From contig JBMDXS010000224.1 in assembly GCA_048595045.1 (NCBI GenBank), positions 1 to 60,866 on the forward strand: DNA of 60,866 bases, given 5' to 3'. Shown here in pieces: positions 1-9,657 of the stretch. The position numbers were made by a program, and so were the translations under genes. The DNA is from Acidimicrobiia bacterium. Lineage in GTDB: Bacteria; Actinomycetota; Acidimicrobiia; Spongiisociales; ZC4RG35. The notes below the pieces were generated by a model, which was given only the letters and a program-made list of their open reading frames with translations, searched no databases and was not told the DNA's origin. Position 1 is the first letter of the stretch, and each line of letters opens with the position of its first letter.

Positions 1-2
1 AG

Positions 3-353
3 TGGACGGAACCCTTCGCCCGCACGATCGACACGGCAAAGAAGTACGTCGTGTCGAGCACCCTGGACCGGGTCGATTGGAACGCGGAGCTCGTGCGCGG
101 CGATCTCGGCGAGGCCGTCCAGCAGCTCAAGCAAGAGTCGGATGAGGGACTGTTCGTGGGAGGGGTGAAGCTTCCGATGGCATTGGCGGAGCTGGGATTG
201 ATCGACGAGTACGAGTTCGTGGTTCATCCAAGGCTTGTCGGCCACGGGCCGACCTTGTTCGCGGGTCTGACGACGCCTGTCGACTTGACGTTGGTGAGCC
301 GGTTGGAGTTCGGCTCGGGGGCGGTGGCGATGCGGTATGAGCCGAGTAAGTAG
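3..353 (+). CDS. Dihydrofolate reductase-family protein (RibD C-terminal-domain-like), 5' end cut by window edge
   Basis: Frame is open from nt 3. Translation ...KKYVVSSTLDRVDWNAELVRGDL...LFVGGVKLPMALAELGLIDEYEFVVHPRLVGHGPTLF fits the RibD_C/DHFR-like pattern (GLIDE..L.V.P...G.G..LF). Confidence 0.7.
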   Translation, partial: WTEPFARTIDTAKKYVVSSTLDRVDWNAELVRGDLGEAVQQLKQESDEGLFVGGVKLPMALAELGLIDEYEFVVHPRLVGHGPTLFAGLTTPVDLTLVSRLEFGSGAVAMRYEPSK

Positions 354-378
354 CCATCGAGCTTCCACTCCCAAACGC

Positions 379-1281
379 TCACCGACCTCGAAGCAAAGGT
401 AACTGGTCGCCGCAGACCTGCTCGAACACCCGATCCTCGTGTGCCATGTCACGCCAGGTCTGCGGCCAGTACAGGACGAACTCGTCGATTCCCACCGCGC
501 CATAGCGGCCCACCATGTCACCGAAGTATTCGACCGACTCCCATGGAGTGAGCGGTGGAAAGCAGACCAGGGAATGGCGGATGTCCCTCGGGTCGCGTCC
601 GACTTCAACACAAAGCTCTTCGAATCGGGTGCATCGGTCTCGTGTGGTCTCGAAGAATTGCTGCTCGCTTTCGATGTCGTACCCTCCCCACTGACTCCAC
701 GAGTCGGCCTTGGCGGCGGCAATCCGGAGCATCTTGGGGCCGTGTGCGGCGACCGTGATCGGGGGGCGGGGGGTCTGCACCGTGCCTGGCGTCATCTCCG
801 CGTCCCGACAGTGGTAGTAACGGCCCTGATATGTCGTGGTCTCGTTCTGCAACAGGCGATCGATCAACTCCACGAACTCCACGAAACGAGCCACCTGCTC
901 GCCCCGGCTCCAGGGCTGTACGCCTGCGGCCTCCGGCCGCACCGAAGGGTCACCCGCTCCGACGGCGACTTCGAGCCGCCCCCCCGAGAGATGATCGAGG
1001 GTCATCGCCGCCTTGGCGAACATCACCGGATTCCGTAGATACATGCTTGTGACCAGGGTTCCAACGCGGATTCGAGACGTGTTGAGCGCCATCGCCGCCA
1101 GGGTCGTGCTCCCCTCGAACATGGTCATGCCGGGATGGTCTGGCTCGTTGACGGCGTCGACGTTCCAGAGGACATCGAAGCCGGCTTCCTCGGCGCGAGC
1201 CCATCGCGCTTTCAGCTCGGGAAGCGGGTGATGCTGATACTGGTAGATGCAGAATCGGATCATCGTCGGCGTCAGAAGCAC
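379..1281 (-). CDS. LLM-class (luciferase-like) flavin/F420-dependent oxidoreductase
   Basis: 300-aa ORF. FDVLWNVD...TLAAMALNTSRIRVGTLVTSMYLRNPVMFAKAAMTLDHLSGGRLEVAVGAG is typical of the luciferase-like monooxygenase fold. Confidence 0.8.
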   Translation of the reverse strand: MLLTPTMIRFCIYQYQHHPLPELKARWARAEEAGFDVLWNVDAVNEPDHPGMTMFEGSTTLAAMALNTSRIRVGTLVTSMYLRNPVMFAKAAMTLDHLSGGRLEVAVGAGDPSVRPEAAGVQPWSRGEQVARFVEFVELIDRLLQNETTTYQGRYYHCRDAEMTPGTVQTPRPPITVAAHGPKMLRIAAAKADSWSQWGGYDIESEQQFFETTRDRCTRFEELCVEVGRDPRDIRHSLVCFPPLTPWESVEYFGDMVGRYGAVGIDEFVLYWPQTWRDMAHEDRVFEQVCGDQLPLLRGR

Positions 1282-1542
1282 GGGCGGGCGTGCTGGGGGG
1301 GCCAGTGCTCGCCACGCTCGACACCCTACTGCGCATGGTCTCGGGCAAATCGTGGATGGCGTGATCTAGGTTCGGCGTGGCCAGTACTCGCCGGCAGCTC
1401 GCTGTGTTCGATCACGCGGATCCTCGGCACAGTCGTGACCGTCGACACCGGATACTGGCCGATGCCTCTGCGAGTGCAACAGTGAGTCGAAAGCACCCGT
1501 ACGCGGTCGGGGCGCTCGGCTGGTTCGGCGTAACCTTCACCG

Positions 1543-2493
1543 ATGGTCGACGAGTCTTCCGTCGATCCAGGTGGGGTTCGCACCGCGGAGATCATTGCTG
1601 CCCTCTCTCTGGCCACCGATCTGGCGGTGGGCTTCCCCCTGGAGCATGGGTTACGAAGCGCTCTGGTGGGCATGCGGTTGTGCGATCGGCTCGGGGTTGA
1701 CTCTGAGACCGCCTTCCAGACCTATTTCCTCTGTCTTCTCTTCTATGTGGGCTGCAACGCCCCCACCGACGTGGGTTGGGATGTGTTCGGCGACGACGCC
1801 TCGCTGATCACTCATGCAGCTCCCTTCCGCTTCGGCACGCGAGCCGAGATGGCAAGGGGGATGACGCGTGCGGTGGCACCACCTACCGCTGCGCCCTACG
1901 TGCGGGCATGGCGGGTCGCGAGACACCTGCCTCGGTTGGCGCTCGGATTCTCCGGCGTGATAGCGGCGACGTGTGAGGTCGCCCGGATGCTCACTGATGA
2001 GCTGGGGCTGGGCAGGTCGGTCACGCAACTGTTCGCGTTCGAGTCGGAGCGTTGGGACGGCAAGGGGCTGCCCGACGGTGTCTCCGGGGAAGCGATACCT
2101 CTCGCCGTGCGCATCGCCCACGTCGCCCAAGACGCTGTCTTCCAGCATCTTCAGGGGGACCACCGTTTCGTCGCAGACGTGATTGGCCGGCGGGCGGGCG
2201 GGGCCTTCGACCCTCTCGTGCCACGCTCATGGCCGACGAGGCGACAGATCTGTTGGATCAGGGCCCTGCCCCCAGTGTCTGGGTCGACGTCCTGGCTCAC
2301 GAACCGCAGCCATGGTCGACCCTCGGGGGAGAGGCAATCGACCGGGCGCTGGCGGCCACGGGTCATTTCACAGACATGGCCATTCCTGAGATGGTCGGGC
2401 ATTCCAGCGGGGTCGCCCGAATCTGCGGCGCAGCCGCTCCCGCACTTTCGCTCGATCCGGAGGAGACGACGGTGCTCGTCCGCGCCGCCCTGA
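1543..2493 (+). CDS. HD-related (degenerate HD-GYP-like) regulatory domain; probably the 5' part of a frame-shifted HD-HD-LuxR gene
   Basis: Plausible protein sequence up to ...VIGRRAGGAFDPLV (about nt 2220). The remaining ~90 codons (PRSWPTRRQICWIRALPP...) are Arg/Ser/Trp-rich and look non-coding. Sense sequence resumes in another frame at 2229. Confidence 0.5.
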   Translation: MVDESSVDPGGVRTAEIIAALSLATDLAVGFPLEHGLRSALVGMRLCDRLGVDSETAFQTYFLCLLFYVGCNAPTDVGWDVFGDDASLITHAAPFRFGTRAEMARGMTRAVAPPTAAPYVRAWRVARHLPRLALGFSGVIAATCEVARMLTDELGLGRSVTQLFAFESERWDGKGLPDGVSGEAIPLAVRIAHVAQDAVFQHLQGDHRFVADVIGRRAGGAFDPLVPRSWPTRRQICWIRALPPVSGSTSWLTNRSHGRPSGERQSTGRWRPRVISQTWPFLRWSGIPAGSPESAAQPLPHFRSIRRRRRCSSAPP

Positions 2494-3119
2494 TACATGA
2501 CCTGGGGAGGGCAGGGGTACCGGTGCGCATCTGGGAGAAGACCGGCCCGTTGAGGCACGACGACTGGGAACTGGTCCGGCTGCACGCGTATCAGACAGAG
2601 CGTCTGCTGGCTCGATCCCCATTCCTCTCGGTCCTGGGCAAGGTCGCCGGTCTTCATCATGAGCACACGGACGGGTCGGGGTATCACCGAGGAGTGGGGG
2701 CAGCCTTCCTCGATCCGTTGGCCCGACTGCTGGCGGCAGCGGACACCTATCACGCCATGATCGAGGCCCGACCGCACCGGGTGGCACGCTCCCCGGCCGA
2801 GGCCGCGGAGATGCTCACCAACGAGGCTCGGGCCGGGCGTCTCGCCTCCGAGGCGGTCACCGCCGTTCTGGAGACCGCGGGACATGTCAGCCAGCCGGTG
2901 AAGCGACCCGCGGGGCTTACGGAAAGAGAGGTCCAGGTCGTCGGGCTACTCGCACGGGGTCTACAGACCAAACAGATCGCCCGCCGTCTCGACATCTCAC
3001 CGAAGACCGTGGACTTCCACATTCAGAAGTCGTATCGGAAGATGGGTGTCTCCACCCGAGCCGGGGCCACCTTGTTCGCCATGCAGCATGGTCTCACCAC
3101 CTGGGAGAACTCCCGATAG
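2229..3119 (+). CDS. HD-GYP-type HD domain fused to LuxR-family HTH (3' segment of the split regulator)
   Basis: ALIHDLGRAGV and HHEHTDGSGYHRG metal-site motifs. C-terminal LTEREVQVVGLLARGLQTKQIARRLDISPKTVDFHIQKSYRKMGV is a LuxR/GerE HTH. ATG at 2229 is the first in-frame start after the garbage-like upstream part. Confidence 0.75.
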   Translation: MADEATDLLDQGPAPSVWVDVLAHEPQPWSTLGGEAIDRALAATGHFTDMAIPEMVGHSSGVARICGAAAPALSLDPEETTVLVRAALIHDLGRAGVPVRIWEKTGPLRHDDWELVRLHAYQTERLLARSPFLSVLGKVAGLHHEHTDGSGYHRGVGAAFLDPLARLLAAADTYHAMIEARPHRVARSPAEAAEMLTNEARAGRLASEAVTAVLETAGHVSQPVKRPAGLTEREVQVVGLLARGLQTKQIARRLDISPKTVDFHIQKSYRKMGVSTRAGATLFAMQHGLTTWENSR

Positions 3120-3180
3120 GCAGGCGCCGGCCCATCTCATAGGTTGCCCAAAGCGGACGATTTCCGTCTTTGGGAGACCC

Positions 3181-4272
3181 ATGAATGAGCATGTCGAGAC
3201 CGTGATCATCGGCGGGGGGCAGGCCGGTCTGGCCGTTGGTCATCAGCTCAGGTCACGCGGCCTCCCCTTCCTGATCCTCGACGAGAATGAGCGGGTCGGC
3301 GACGTCTGGCGGCAGAGGTGGGACACCTTGAAGCTGTTCACCCCGGCTCGATACGACGGGCTGCCGGGAATGCGCTTTCCAGCCCCGGCCGACGGATTAC
3401 CCAGCAAGGACGAAGTGGCGGACTATCTGGAGGAGTATGCCCGGCACTTCGACCTCCCGGTTCGGACCGGGATCACGGTTGACCGGGTGTCGATGAAGGC
3501 ACAGAGGTTCGAGGTCTTCTCCGGTGCAGACAAATGGGCAGCCGAGAACGTGGTGGTGGCCACCGGGGCGTATCACCATCCTCGAATCCCGCCCTTTGCT
3601 GCACAACTCGACGAGGACATCGTCCAACTCCACTCCACCGAGTATCGGAATCCTTCCCAACTCCGGGAAGGAGGGGTGCTCGTGGTGGGCGCAGGCAACT
3701 CCGGTGCCGAGATAGCCCTCGACGTGGTGAGCCAGCATCAGGTGTGGCTCTCGGGCCCTGACACCGGCCAGGAGCCGACTCGTGCCGGGAGCGTCCCCGA
3801 CCGTCTCCTGACACCACTCATGTGGCTTGGCGCCACGCGCCTCACCGTGAACACCGCGATTGGCAGAAAGCTCCGCGACCGCTTCACCGACCCGCCTCGC
3901 GGTATCCCCCTGGGCCGTGTGCGGCGAAGGGACTTGATCGCCGCCGGTATCGAACGGGTCGCCCGAACCACAGGAGCGATCGACGGGTACCCGGTGCTCG
4001 AGGACGGCCGTCGCCTGGATGTCTCGAATGTCATCTGGTGCACCGGATTCGTCCCCGACTTTGGTTGGATCGACCTCCCCCTCCCGGTGCACAACGGAGT
4101 ACCAGTTCACGACCGGGGTGTCGTCGAACCCGTGCCTGGTCTCTACTTCGTGGGACTTCTCTTTCTCTACTCACTCAGCTCGGCGTTGATCGGGGGAGTG
4201 GGTCGGGACGCCGAGCACATCGCCGAGCACATCGCCAGCACACGAGCCCGCAGCCCATTGCCAACTCGTTAG
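3181..4272 (+). CDS. Flavin-containing / NAD(P)-binding monooxygenase-like oxidoreductase
   Basis: MNEHVETVIIGGGQAGL (FAD GxGxxG) and a second VVGAGNSGAEIA dinucleotide motif. Start moved from ORF-track 3046 to ATG 3181 because the upstream part overlaps the LuxR gene end and reads as junk. Confidence 0.75.
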   Translation: MNEHVETVIIGGGQAGLAVGHQLRSRGLPFLILDENERVGDVWRQRWDTLKLFTPARYDGLPGMRFPAPADGLPSKDEVADYLEEYARHFDLPVRTGITVDRVSMKAQRFEVFSGADKWAAENVVVATGAYHHPRIPPFAAQLDEDIVQLHSTEYRNPSQLREGGVLVVGAGNSGAEIALDVVSQHQVWLSGPDTGQEPTRAGSVPDRLLTPLMWLGATRLTVNTAIGRKLRDRFTDPPRGIPLGRVRRRDLIAAGIERVARTTGAIDGYPVLEDGRRLDVSNVIWCTGFVPDFGWIDLPLPVHNGVPVHDRGVVEPVPGLYFVGLLFLYSLSSALIGGVGRDAEHIAEHIASTRARSPLPTR

Positions 4273-4291
4273 CGATTCTTTTCGCGTTCAT

Positions 4292-4320
4292 TTGGATGAC
4301 CCGGAGACGTCGTGTATAAA
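4292..4320 (+). promoter_or_regulatory. Candidate sigma-70-type promoter (TTGGAT-17 nt-TATAAA)
   Basis: TTGGAT at 4292-4297 and TATAAA at 4315-4320 with a 17-nt spacer, inside a locally AT-rich patch 155 nt upstream of the DUF1761 gene. Confidence 0.35.
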
Positions 4321-4475
4321 TACTCCCGAAGCCCCGACGGCTCGAACTTCGGTTCTGAGTTGTTGGGGCTTCACTAATTCCCGCCTTACCCACTGCCCGC
4401 TCCCGCCAACTCCGATGAGTTTCACCCAAGCCCGGAGTCCAATCGGTTGATCGGTGCGACGAGACGGGTGGTGAA

Positions 4476-4865
4476 ATGGAGTTCGACTACCTGGCCATCG
4501 CCATCGCCGCGGTGGTGGCGTTCATCATCAGTGGACTCTGGTATTCAGTGTTCGGTGGAAGGCTCTCCAGGCTTCATCCTGCGTATGGAGAGGGAGGCTC
4601 GCCGTCGGCGTCGGATGCGATGGTCGAACTGATTCGGAATCTGGTCGTTGCCACCGTGGTGGCCGGCCTGGCCACACGACTGCCCGTGGAGACCTGGCCT
4701 GACGCCATCCTGCTTGGGGGCGCGCTCTGGGTCGGGTTTCCGCTGGTACTGCTGGCCGGATCGGTGTACCACGAAAAGGTTCCGGGGCCGCTGGCGGCGA
4801 TCCACGGCGGCGATTGGCTGCTGAAGCTCCTCGCGGTGACCGTGATTGTGAGCGTCTGGCCATGA
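4476..4865 (+). CDS. DUF1761-like small membrane protein
   Basis: [28 protein letters not shown]... N-terminus and four hydrophobic spans resemble the DUF1761 family as I remember it. Confidence 0.6.
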   Translation: MEFDYLAIAIAAVVAFIISGLWYSVFGGRLSRLHPAYGEGGSPSASDAMVELIRNLVVATVVAGLATRLPVETWPDAILLGGALWVGFPLVLLAGSVYHEKVPGPLAAIHGGDWLLKLLAVTVIVSVWP

Positions 4866-4881
4866 GACTAAGGAGCATGGG

Positions 4882-5181
4882 ATGGGTGAGACGAGCCCGA
4901 TGAACAAGAGCCGATTGGACAAGACGTTCGAGGCTGTGTTGGAGAAGAGCCCGAACCCCGGTGGCTGGACCTACGTCGTGATGTCCGATTCGGTGGAGTA
5001 CTTCGGCACACGGGGCCTGGTCAAGGTGAGCGGGACGATCGACGGAGAGCCCTTCCGGAGCTCATTCATGGCCATGGGGGATGGGACCCACAAACTGCCG
5101 GTGAAAGCGGAGGTACGGAGGGTCATCGGGAAAGAGGCGGGCGACCGGGTCGCCATCCACCTCGGGGAGCGTCTCGGCTGA
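4882..5181 (+). CDS. DUF1905-like protein
   Basis: [64 protein letters not shown] matches the DUF1905 pattern. 17 nt downstream of the DUF1761 gene. Confidence 0.6.
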   Translation: MGETSPMNKSRLDKTFEAVLEKSPNPGGWTYVVMSDSVEYFGTRGLVKVSGTIDGEPFRSSFMAMGDGTHKLPVKAEVRRVIGKEAGDRVAIHLGERLG

Positions 5182-5209
5182 CTGAGGACGGCCCGACCCC
5201 CCATGACGG

Positions 5210-6133
5210 TCAGTCCACAATCAGGACGGCCTTCCCGTTCACCTGACGGCCGGCGAGAGCCTCGAAGACGGAGTTGGCCTCGGTCCACGGTTTCTCCAGG
5301 CCGATGCTGGGATGGAGCTTGTCGTCCGCGATGAGATCGGCGAGGAGCCGGAGGTCATCGCCGAAAGCCGGCGGCTCACCGCTCTCATAGACGAAGAAGG
5401 CGACGATCTGTGCCCCGGCTCGGCCCCGGAAGTCGGCAAAGGAGATCTGGGATGGGGTGTCGGACGAGTTCCCGAAAAGGACCACCCGCCCGCCAGGGGC
5501 GACAAGACGCACGGCCGCTTCGAGGGAATGGCCGCCGGTGGACTCGAGGATGAGGTCGAAGGGCCCTTCGAGCTGGTTCGGATCGAAGGTGACGTCAGTG
5601 GCGCCGAGCTCTCTCAACCCAGCTGCCCTCTCAGCGTCACGGGCCACACCGGTGACGATCGCCCCGGCTCCGGCGGCCAACTCAACCGCGAAGCGGCCGA
5701 CTCCACCGGAGGCCCCGGATATGAGGACCTGCTTGCCGGCGAGGGGGTCGCCCAGGCGAAGCGCCCGAAGTGCGGTCATCCCGGCGATGGGGAGCGTCGC
5801 CGCCTGCGAGAAGGACACGTCGTCACCGATCGGAGCGATGTGTGATGTAGGCAGGGCGACCCGTTGTGCCCATCCCGCCTGTTCGGGCCAGGCCACCACT
5901 CGGGTGCCCGGCCCCGGGCCCGAGCCATCGGCGGCCCTCACCACAACCACACCGGCAACGTCTTGACCCGGTCTCCAGCCCTGGGGCCGTGCCTTGAGGA
6001 GACGTAACTCGCCGCGGTTGATCGCTACTGCCGCAATCTCCACGATCGCCTCGCTGGGACCGGGCTCCGGCTCCGGGACGTCGACGAGGTCCACGACCCT
6101 GCCGCCCCCTCCCCGGTTCACCAACGCTTTCAA
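5210..6133 (-). CDS. Medium-chain dehydrogenase/reductase (quinone oxidoreductase-like, zinc-independent type)
   Basis: 307 aa. NRGELRLL..., cofactor motif LISGASGGVGRFAVELA, C-terminal GKAVLIV. Confidence 0.8.
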   Translation of the reverse strand: MKALVNRGGGGRVVDLVDVPEPEPGPSEAIVEIAAVAINRGELRLLKARPQGWRPGQDVAGVVVVRAADGSGPGPGTRVVAWPEQAGWAQRVALPTSHIAPIGDDVSFSQAATLPIAGMTALRALRLGDPLAGKQVLISGASGGVGRFAVELAAGAGAIVTGVARDAERAAGLRELGATDVTFDPNQLEGPFDLILESTGGHSLEAAVRLVAPGGRVVLFGNSSDTPSQISFADFRGRAGAQIVAFFVYESGEPPAFGDDLRLLADLIADDKLHPSIGLEKPWTEANSVFEALAGRQVNGKAVLIVD

Positions 6134-6164
6134 TGCTCCCTTACCTCCATGAAGTCCACGCTAG

Positions 6165-6572
6165 TTAGCGGGCAACGACATGGGTCACCGGGACGTCGAG
6201 GGCCCTGCTCAGTCGATTGATGAGGTCGGCACCGAGCCATCGGGAGATCCCAGGTGGGAAAGTGGAGACGATGATGCGATCGAATTCCTCCACTTCGACC
6301 ACGTCCAGGATGGCCTGGTAGGGATCGGGGTCGCCGACCCTGGCATCAGTCACCTCCACGCCGGATGCTTCGAGGAGCCTGCGGGCCGAGTTCGCCTTCT
6401 CACGTGCGATCGCCCGGGATTCGCCCGTTGTCCAGCTGGTGAGATGCTTCACCGGCGTGGCAGGGACGAGGAGCACGACCTCGGAGTCGGTCGCGGCCGC
6501 AGACCGGACCGCCTCCAGGAACTCATCGGTCTCGGCGGTCTGATGGGCCACCGCGAGCAGACGTGTCATCAC
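6165..6572 (-). CDS. Universal-stress-protein-like (adenine nucleotide alpha-hydrolase-like) small protein
   Basis: LLAVAHQTAETDEFLEAV...VVLLVPATP...VGDPDPYQAILDVVEVEEFDRIIVSTFPPGISRWLGADLINRL...VPVTHV is a pattern seen in actinobacterial USP-like proteins. Confidence 0.55.
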   Translation of the reverse strand: MMTRLLAVAHQTAETDEFLEAVRSAAATDSEVVLLVPATPVKHLTSWTTGESRAIAREKANSARRLLEASGVEVTDARVGDPDPYQAILDVVEVEEFDRIIVSTFPPGISRWLGADLINRLSRALDVPVTHVVAR

Positions 6573-6827
6573 ACACCTCGTCTGATCGTGTCACCGTCGC
6601 GCCGACGGCGGGACCTGTCAAGGGTCGAGGAAGGTGTTACCCGGCCCGGCGCCGGCTTCGGATGGCGGGGCATGAGAGAAGCCCCGCTGACGTCTCCGCC
6701 CTCGGGGCTTCCCGGGAGTGGCCCACGATGTGGGGCGCTCCTTTGGTCTCGTGATCCGGCCGTTTCCAGCCTACGTGTCCGACCAAGCACCACGAACATA
6801 CACCCCGGCGTGCGGTGTGTCATCCCC

Positions 6828-7997
6828 CTAGATCAGTCTGCCCTCGTGCTCGTAAAGAGGCTCATTGGCCAGTATCCGCTCACCTCCGAGCCGGGCGAGG
6901 TCGAGTGTTGGAGACTGGCCGAGGATGCGCTCGGCCAGGTGGCGGCCCACCGCCGGGCATTGCTGGAACCCGTGTCCTGAGAAGCCGGTGGCGAGGAGCA
7001 AGCCACCGATCGTGGGCCACTCCCCGATGATCGCGTTCCCATCGAGGGTGTTTACGTCGTAGAGCCCTGCCCACGATGTCCGCACCTCCAGCGAGTCGAA
7101 GACTGGGACATTCCGGAGGAGCTCTGGCCAGATCACGTCATTGAACCGGCGCCGCCCTGCGGGGGTGAAGTCGAAACCGACCGGGTCCTCGGGCCGGGAC
7201 CAGGCCATCACCCAGGTGCGGTCGCTCTCCGGCAGCGCATACACCCCGGAGGGGAGGAAGAGGCTCGGCATCCCCGCGGTCTCCACCGTCGTGGAGACCA
7301 CGTAGACGGTGCGCATGGCGGGCACGACGGGGAGGTCGACCCCCAGTGGCCGGACCAGGTCTGCCGACCAGGCACCGGCAGCGACGAGCACTATCGGAGC
7401 AATGAGGTCGGATCCGGATCGAAGATGCACGCCTGTCACCCGCCCTCCCGCCTTGCTCACTGCCAGCACCTCGTCCTCCAGGTAACGGGCCCCGAGCTCG
7501 ATTGCCTTGTTCCTGTATCCGCGAAGCACGGCACCGGGATCGACGGAACCGTCGTCGACGCCCAGGGTCCCGCCCACGATCCCGTCTAGCTCCAGACCGG
7601 GGAATCGCTCTTCGATATCAGATGAGTCCAGCCACAGCACGTCGCAGGCGAGCTCTCTTTGCAGCTCGAGGCCCTCGAGAGCCGACTCCCGGTGAGCTTC
7701 GTCGGCCAGGAACAGGTTGCCCTGGTGCCTTGCGCCGATCTCGGGCCGGAAGGTGGCCGTCGACATGTCGTCGGCGAAGGTCCGGAGTACTTCCATCGTG
7801 TGCTGTGAGATCCGGATGTTCTCCTCGAGATTGAACTGGATGCGGACGTTGCCGTCGGAGAGGACGGTCGAGGCATGGGCGTAGGTGCTGTCCCTCTCGA
7901 TCACGACCACGGAGAGAGAGGGATCGGCCTTCATGAGGTGGTAGGCAGTCGACGACCCCATCGCTCCACCACCGACGATTACGACGTCGTGGCTCAT
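6828..7997 (-). CDS. FAD-dependent oxidoreductase, DAO family (sarcosine/D-amino-acid oxidase-like)
   Basis: [24 protein letters not shown] motif and C-terminal [14 protein letters not shown]. Start set at ATG 7997 (GGGGAG 8 nt upstream); the ORF-track start at 8018 is also possible. Confidence 0.8.
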   Translation of the reverse strand: MSHDVVIVGGGAMGSSTAYHLMKADPSLSVVVIERDSTYAHASTVLSDGNVRIQFNLEENIRISQHTMEVLRTFADDMSTATFRPEIGARHQGNLFLADEAHRESALEGLELQRELACDVLWLDSSDIEERFPGLELDGIVGGTLGVDDGSVDPGAVLRGYRNKAIELGARYLEDEVLAVSKAGGRVTGVHLRSGSDLIAPIVLVAAGAWSADLVRPLGVDLPVVPAMRTVYVVSTTVETAGMPSLFLPSGVYALPESDRTWVMAWSRPEDPVGFDFTPAGRRRFNDVIWPELLRNVPVFDSLEVRTSWAGLYDVNTLDGNAIIGEWPTIGGLLLATGFSGHGFQQCPAVGRHLAERILGQSPTLDLARLGGERILANEPLYEHEGRLI

Positions 7998-8139
7998 GTG
8001 GCGCGCTCCCCGGGGCATAACCGCGGGAGCGAGACGGCGCCCGCGGCGACATGCCCTTCCACGCTCGCACCCGCGGACAAGACGTGGGGCGAAGCGGGGA
8101 CGAAGGTCGGGAAGCGACCTCCCATCGGCATGACCCCGG

Positions 8140-8907
8140 TCATATCAGCATGATCGACATGCAAGTGAGACCCCCGTCGGCCGCCTGGATCTCGGAGACA
8201 TCGATGGGCATGATCCCATGGCCCATGGCGGCTACGGCCGCTGCCGTTGCCGGTGCGTCGGCGGTGACCAGGACGGTCCTTTCATCGAGGGGCAAGGCAC
8301 TGAACCGATGACGTTCGTCGTCGTGCTCATACAGGACCCGGAGACCTTCCAACTTGCTCTCGTCGACACTCCGCGGCGTCACCACCACCGTCTCATCGTC
8401 GATGGGGAGCACCGCCGACTTGAGATGAAGGGCGTCCTCGACGTCGACCGTCACCACCGTATAACCCTGATGATGGGCAACCGCCCGCAACTGCCCTATG
8501 CCATCGTCGTTGGTCCTCGACGATCGGCCCACGTAGCAGACATCGTGGAGGAGGAACACGTCCCCACCGTCGAGTGTCCCCGGAGGACTCATCTCGACAA
8601 TGTCGAAACGGCGGGACAAGTACTCGGCCACTGGTGGAGTCTCGCCCCGACGCGACTCGGCGCCGGGGCGCGCGATGATGGCCACCGTGCCGACGATCAC
8701 CGCGGTGTCCTCGATGAAGACACAATCTGGATGCGCTTCGTCGGTTGGCACGACATGGACCACATGTCCGGACTTCTCGAGGACACGGCGGTACTCCCGA
8801 TGCTGGGCCCTGGCCAGGCGGAGGTCGATGTCGGCTCGACCATGGCGAACCAGCGCCTCTGGGAAGGAGTCGGGGACGGGGCGAATCAGGGCGGTTCGGT
8901 CCGTCAT
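8140..8907 (-). CDS. Dimethylarginine dimethylaminohydrolase (DDAH)-like amidinotransferase-fold enzyme
   Basis: 255 aa. [18 protein letters not shown], and a C-terminal catalytic-Cys context [11 protein letters not shown] typical of the DDAH / arginine-deiminase-related fold. Confidence 0.75.
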   Translation of the reverse strand: MTDRTALIRPVPDSFPEALVRHGRADIDLRLARAQHREYRRVLEKSGHVVHVVPTDEAHPDCVFIEDTAVIVGTVAIIARPGAESRRGETPPVAEYLSRRFDIVEMSPPGTLDGGDVFLLHDVCYVGRSSRTNDDGIGQLRAVAHHQGYTVVTVDVEDALHLKSAVLPIDDETVVVTPRSVDESKLEGLRVLYEHDDERHRFSALPLDERTVLVTADAPATAAAVAAMGHGIMPIDVSEIQAADGGLTCMSIMLI

Positions 8908-8931
8908 CGGGGTGGAATCGTATCCGGGGGT

Positions 8932-9657
8932 TCAGGCACCCCAGCAGGCTCGGGCGAAGTCGGCCATCGAGAAGTAGACATGATCGGGTACCGGCGGATC
9001 TTCAACGGGCATGGTTGCCCCCCATTCACCCCCGGCGGAGAGGTGCTGCCGATCGATCCAGACCGTGTCGAGACATGCCGCTTTGGCCGGGGCGTGGTCA
9101 TGGAACAAGCTCTGGGCCACGTGTAGCACCGACTCCGGCCCCACTCCGAACTCCCTGCCGAGGCGATCGAGCAAATAGTCGAAATTGGCTGGGTCCGGTT
9201 TGTAGGACCCGATGTCCTCGGCGGTGTAGACCGCGTCGAAGGTCACCTCCAGCTTCTCGTTGGAGGCAGAGAAGCTCTCCCGGTCGACGTTGGAGAGGAT
9301 CGCCAGGCGATACCCCTCGGAGAGGGCGCCAAGCGCCTCGGACGAGTCTGCGAAGGCCGGCCATTCGGGGACGGAGGCACCGAAGGAGTGGTCGAGTTGC
9401 TCCGTCGTGTCCAGTCGGAGCACCGTTGCCAAGTCGTGATGGACGGCCGCCAGCAGCTTCGGGTAGCCCACCGCCGGAGTAGCCGCCTCGTGTTCCGATT
9501 CGAGTCGGCCGAATTCGACCAACACCTCGGACCGTGAGACATGTGACGCGTTTGCGGTGAGCATCGGCTGTAGTGCCGCCCAAATGCCCGATTCCCAGTC
9601 GATGAGGGTGCCGTAGCAGTCGAAGCTGAGCACCTCGTAATCGAGTAGGGGCCTCAC
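8932..9657 (-). CDS. HAD-superfamily hydrolase (type II haloacid dehalogenase-like)
   Basis: Motif I FDCYGTLIDWE, LSNVD, SYKPD. Start proposed at GTG 9657, which forms a GTGA overlap with the stop of the upstream CoxL-like gene. The ORF-track ATG at 9693 would overlap it by 40 nt. Confidence 0.7.
   Translation of the reverse strand: MRPLLDYEVLSFDCYGTLIDWESGIWAALQPMLTANASHVSRSEVLVEFGRLESEHEAATPAVGYPKLLAAVHHDLATVLRLDTTEQLDHSFGASVPEWPAFADSSEALGALSEGYRLAILSNVDRESFSASNEKLEVTFDAVYTAEDIGSYKPDPANFDYLLDRLGREFGVGPESVLHVAQSLFHDHAPAKAACLDTVWIDRQHLSAGGEWGATMPVEDPPVPDHVYFSMADFARACWGA

Noticed and set aside
4328-6711. Possible REP-like repeated element: hairpins at 4328-4372 and 6678-6711 share the stem GAAGCCCC(G)/(C)GGGGCTTC.
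   Set aside because: Only the stem is shared; the loops and flanks differ. A GC-rich 8-9-mer recurring once or twice in ~120 kb of two-strand sequence is about what chance predicts.
6573-6827. 255-bp non-coding gap upstream of the USP-like gene, as a candidate riboswitch or sRNA.
   Set aside because: Apart from one hairpin with a 16-nt loop and no U-tract, I could not recognise any known riboswitch core. The only ORF there (6569-6823) is Arg-rich junk. An Rfam scan would be needed to say more.
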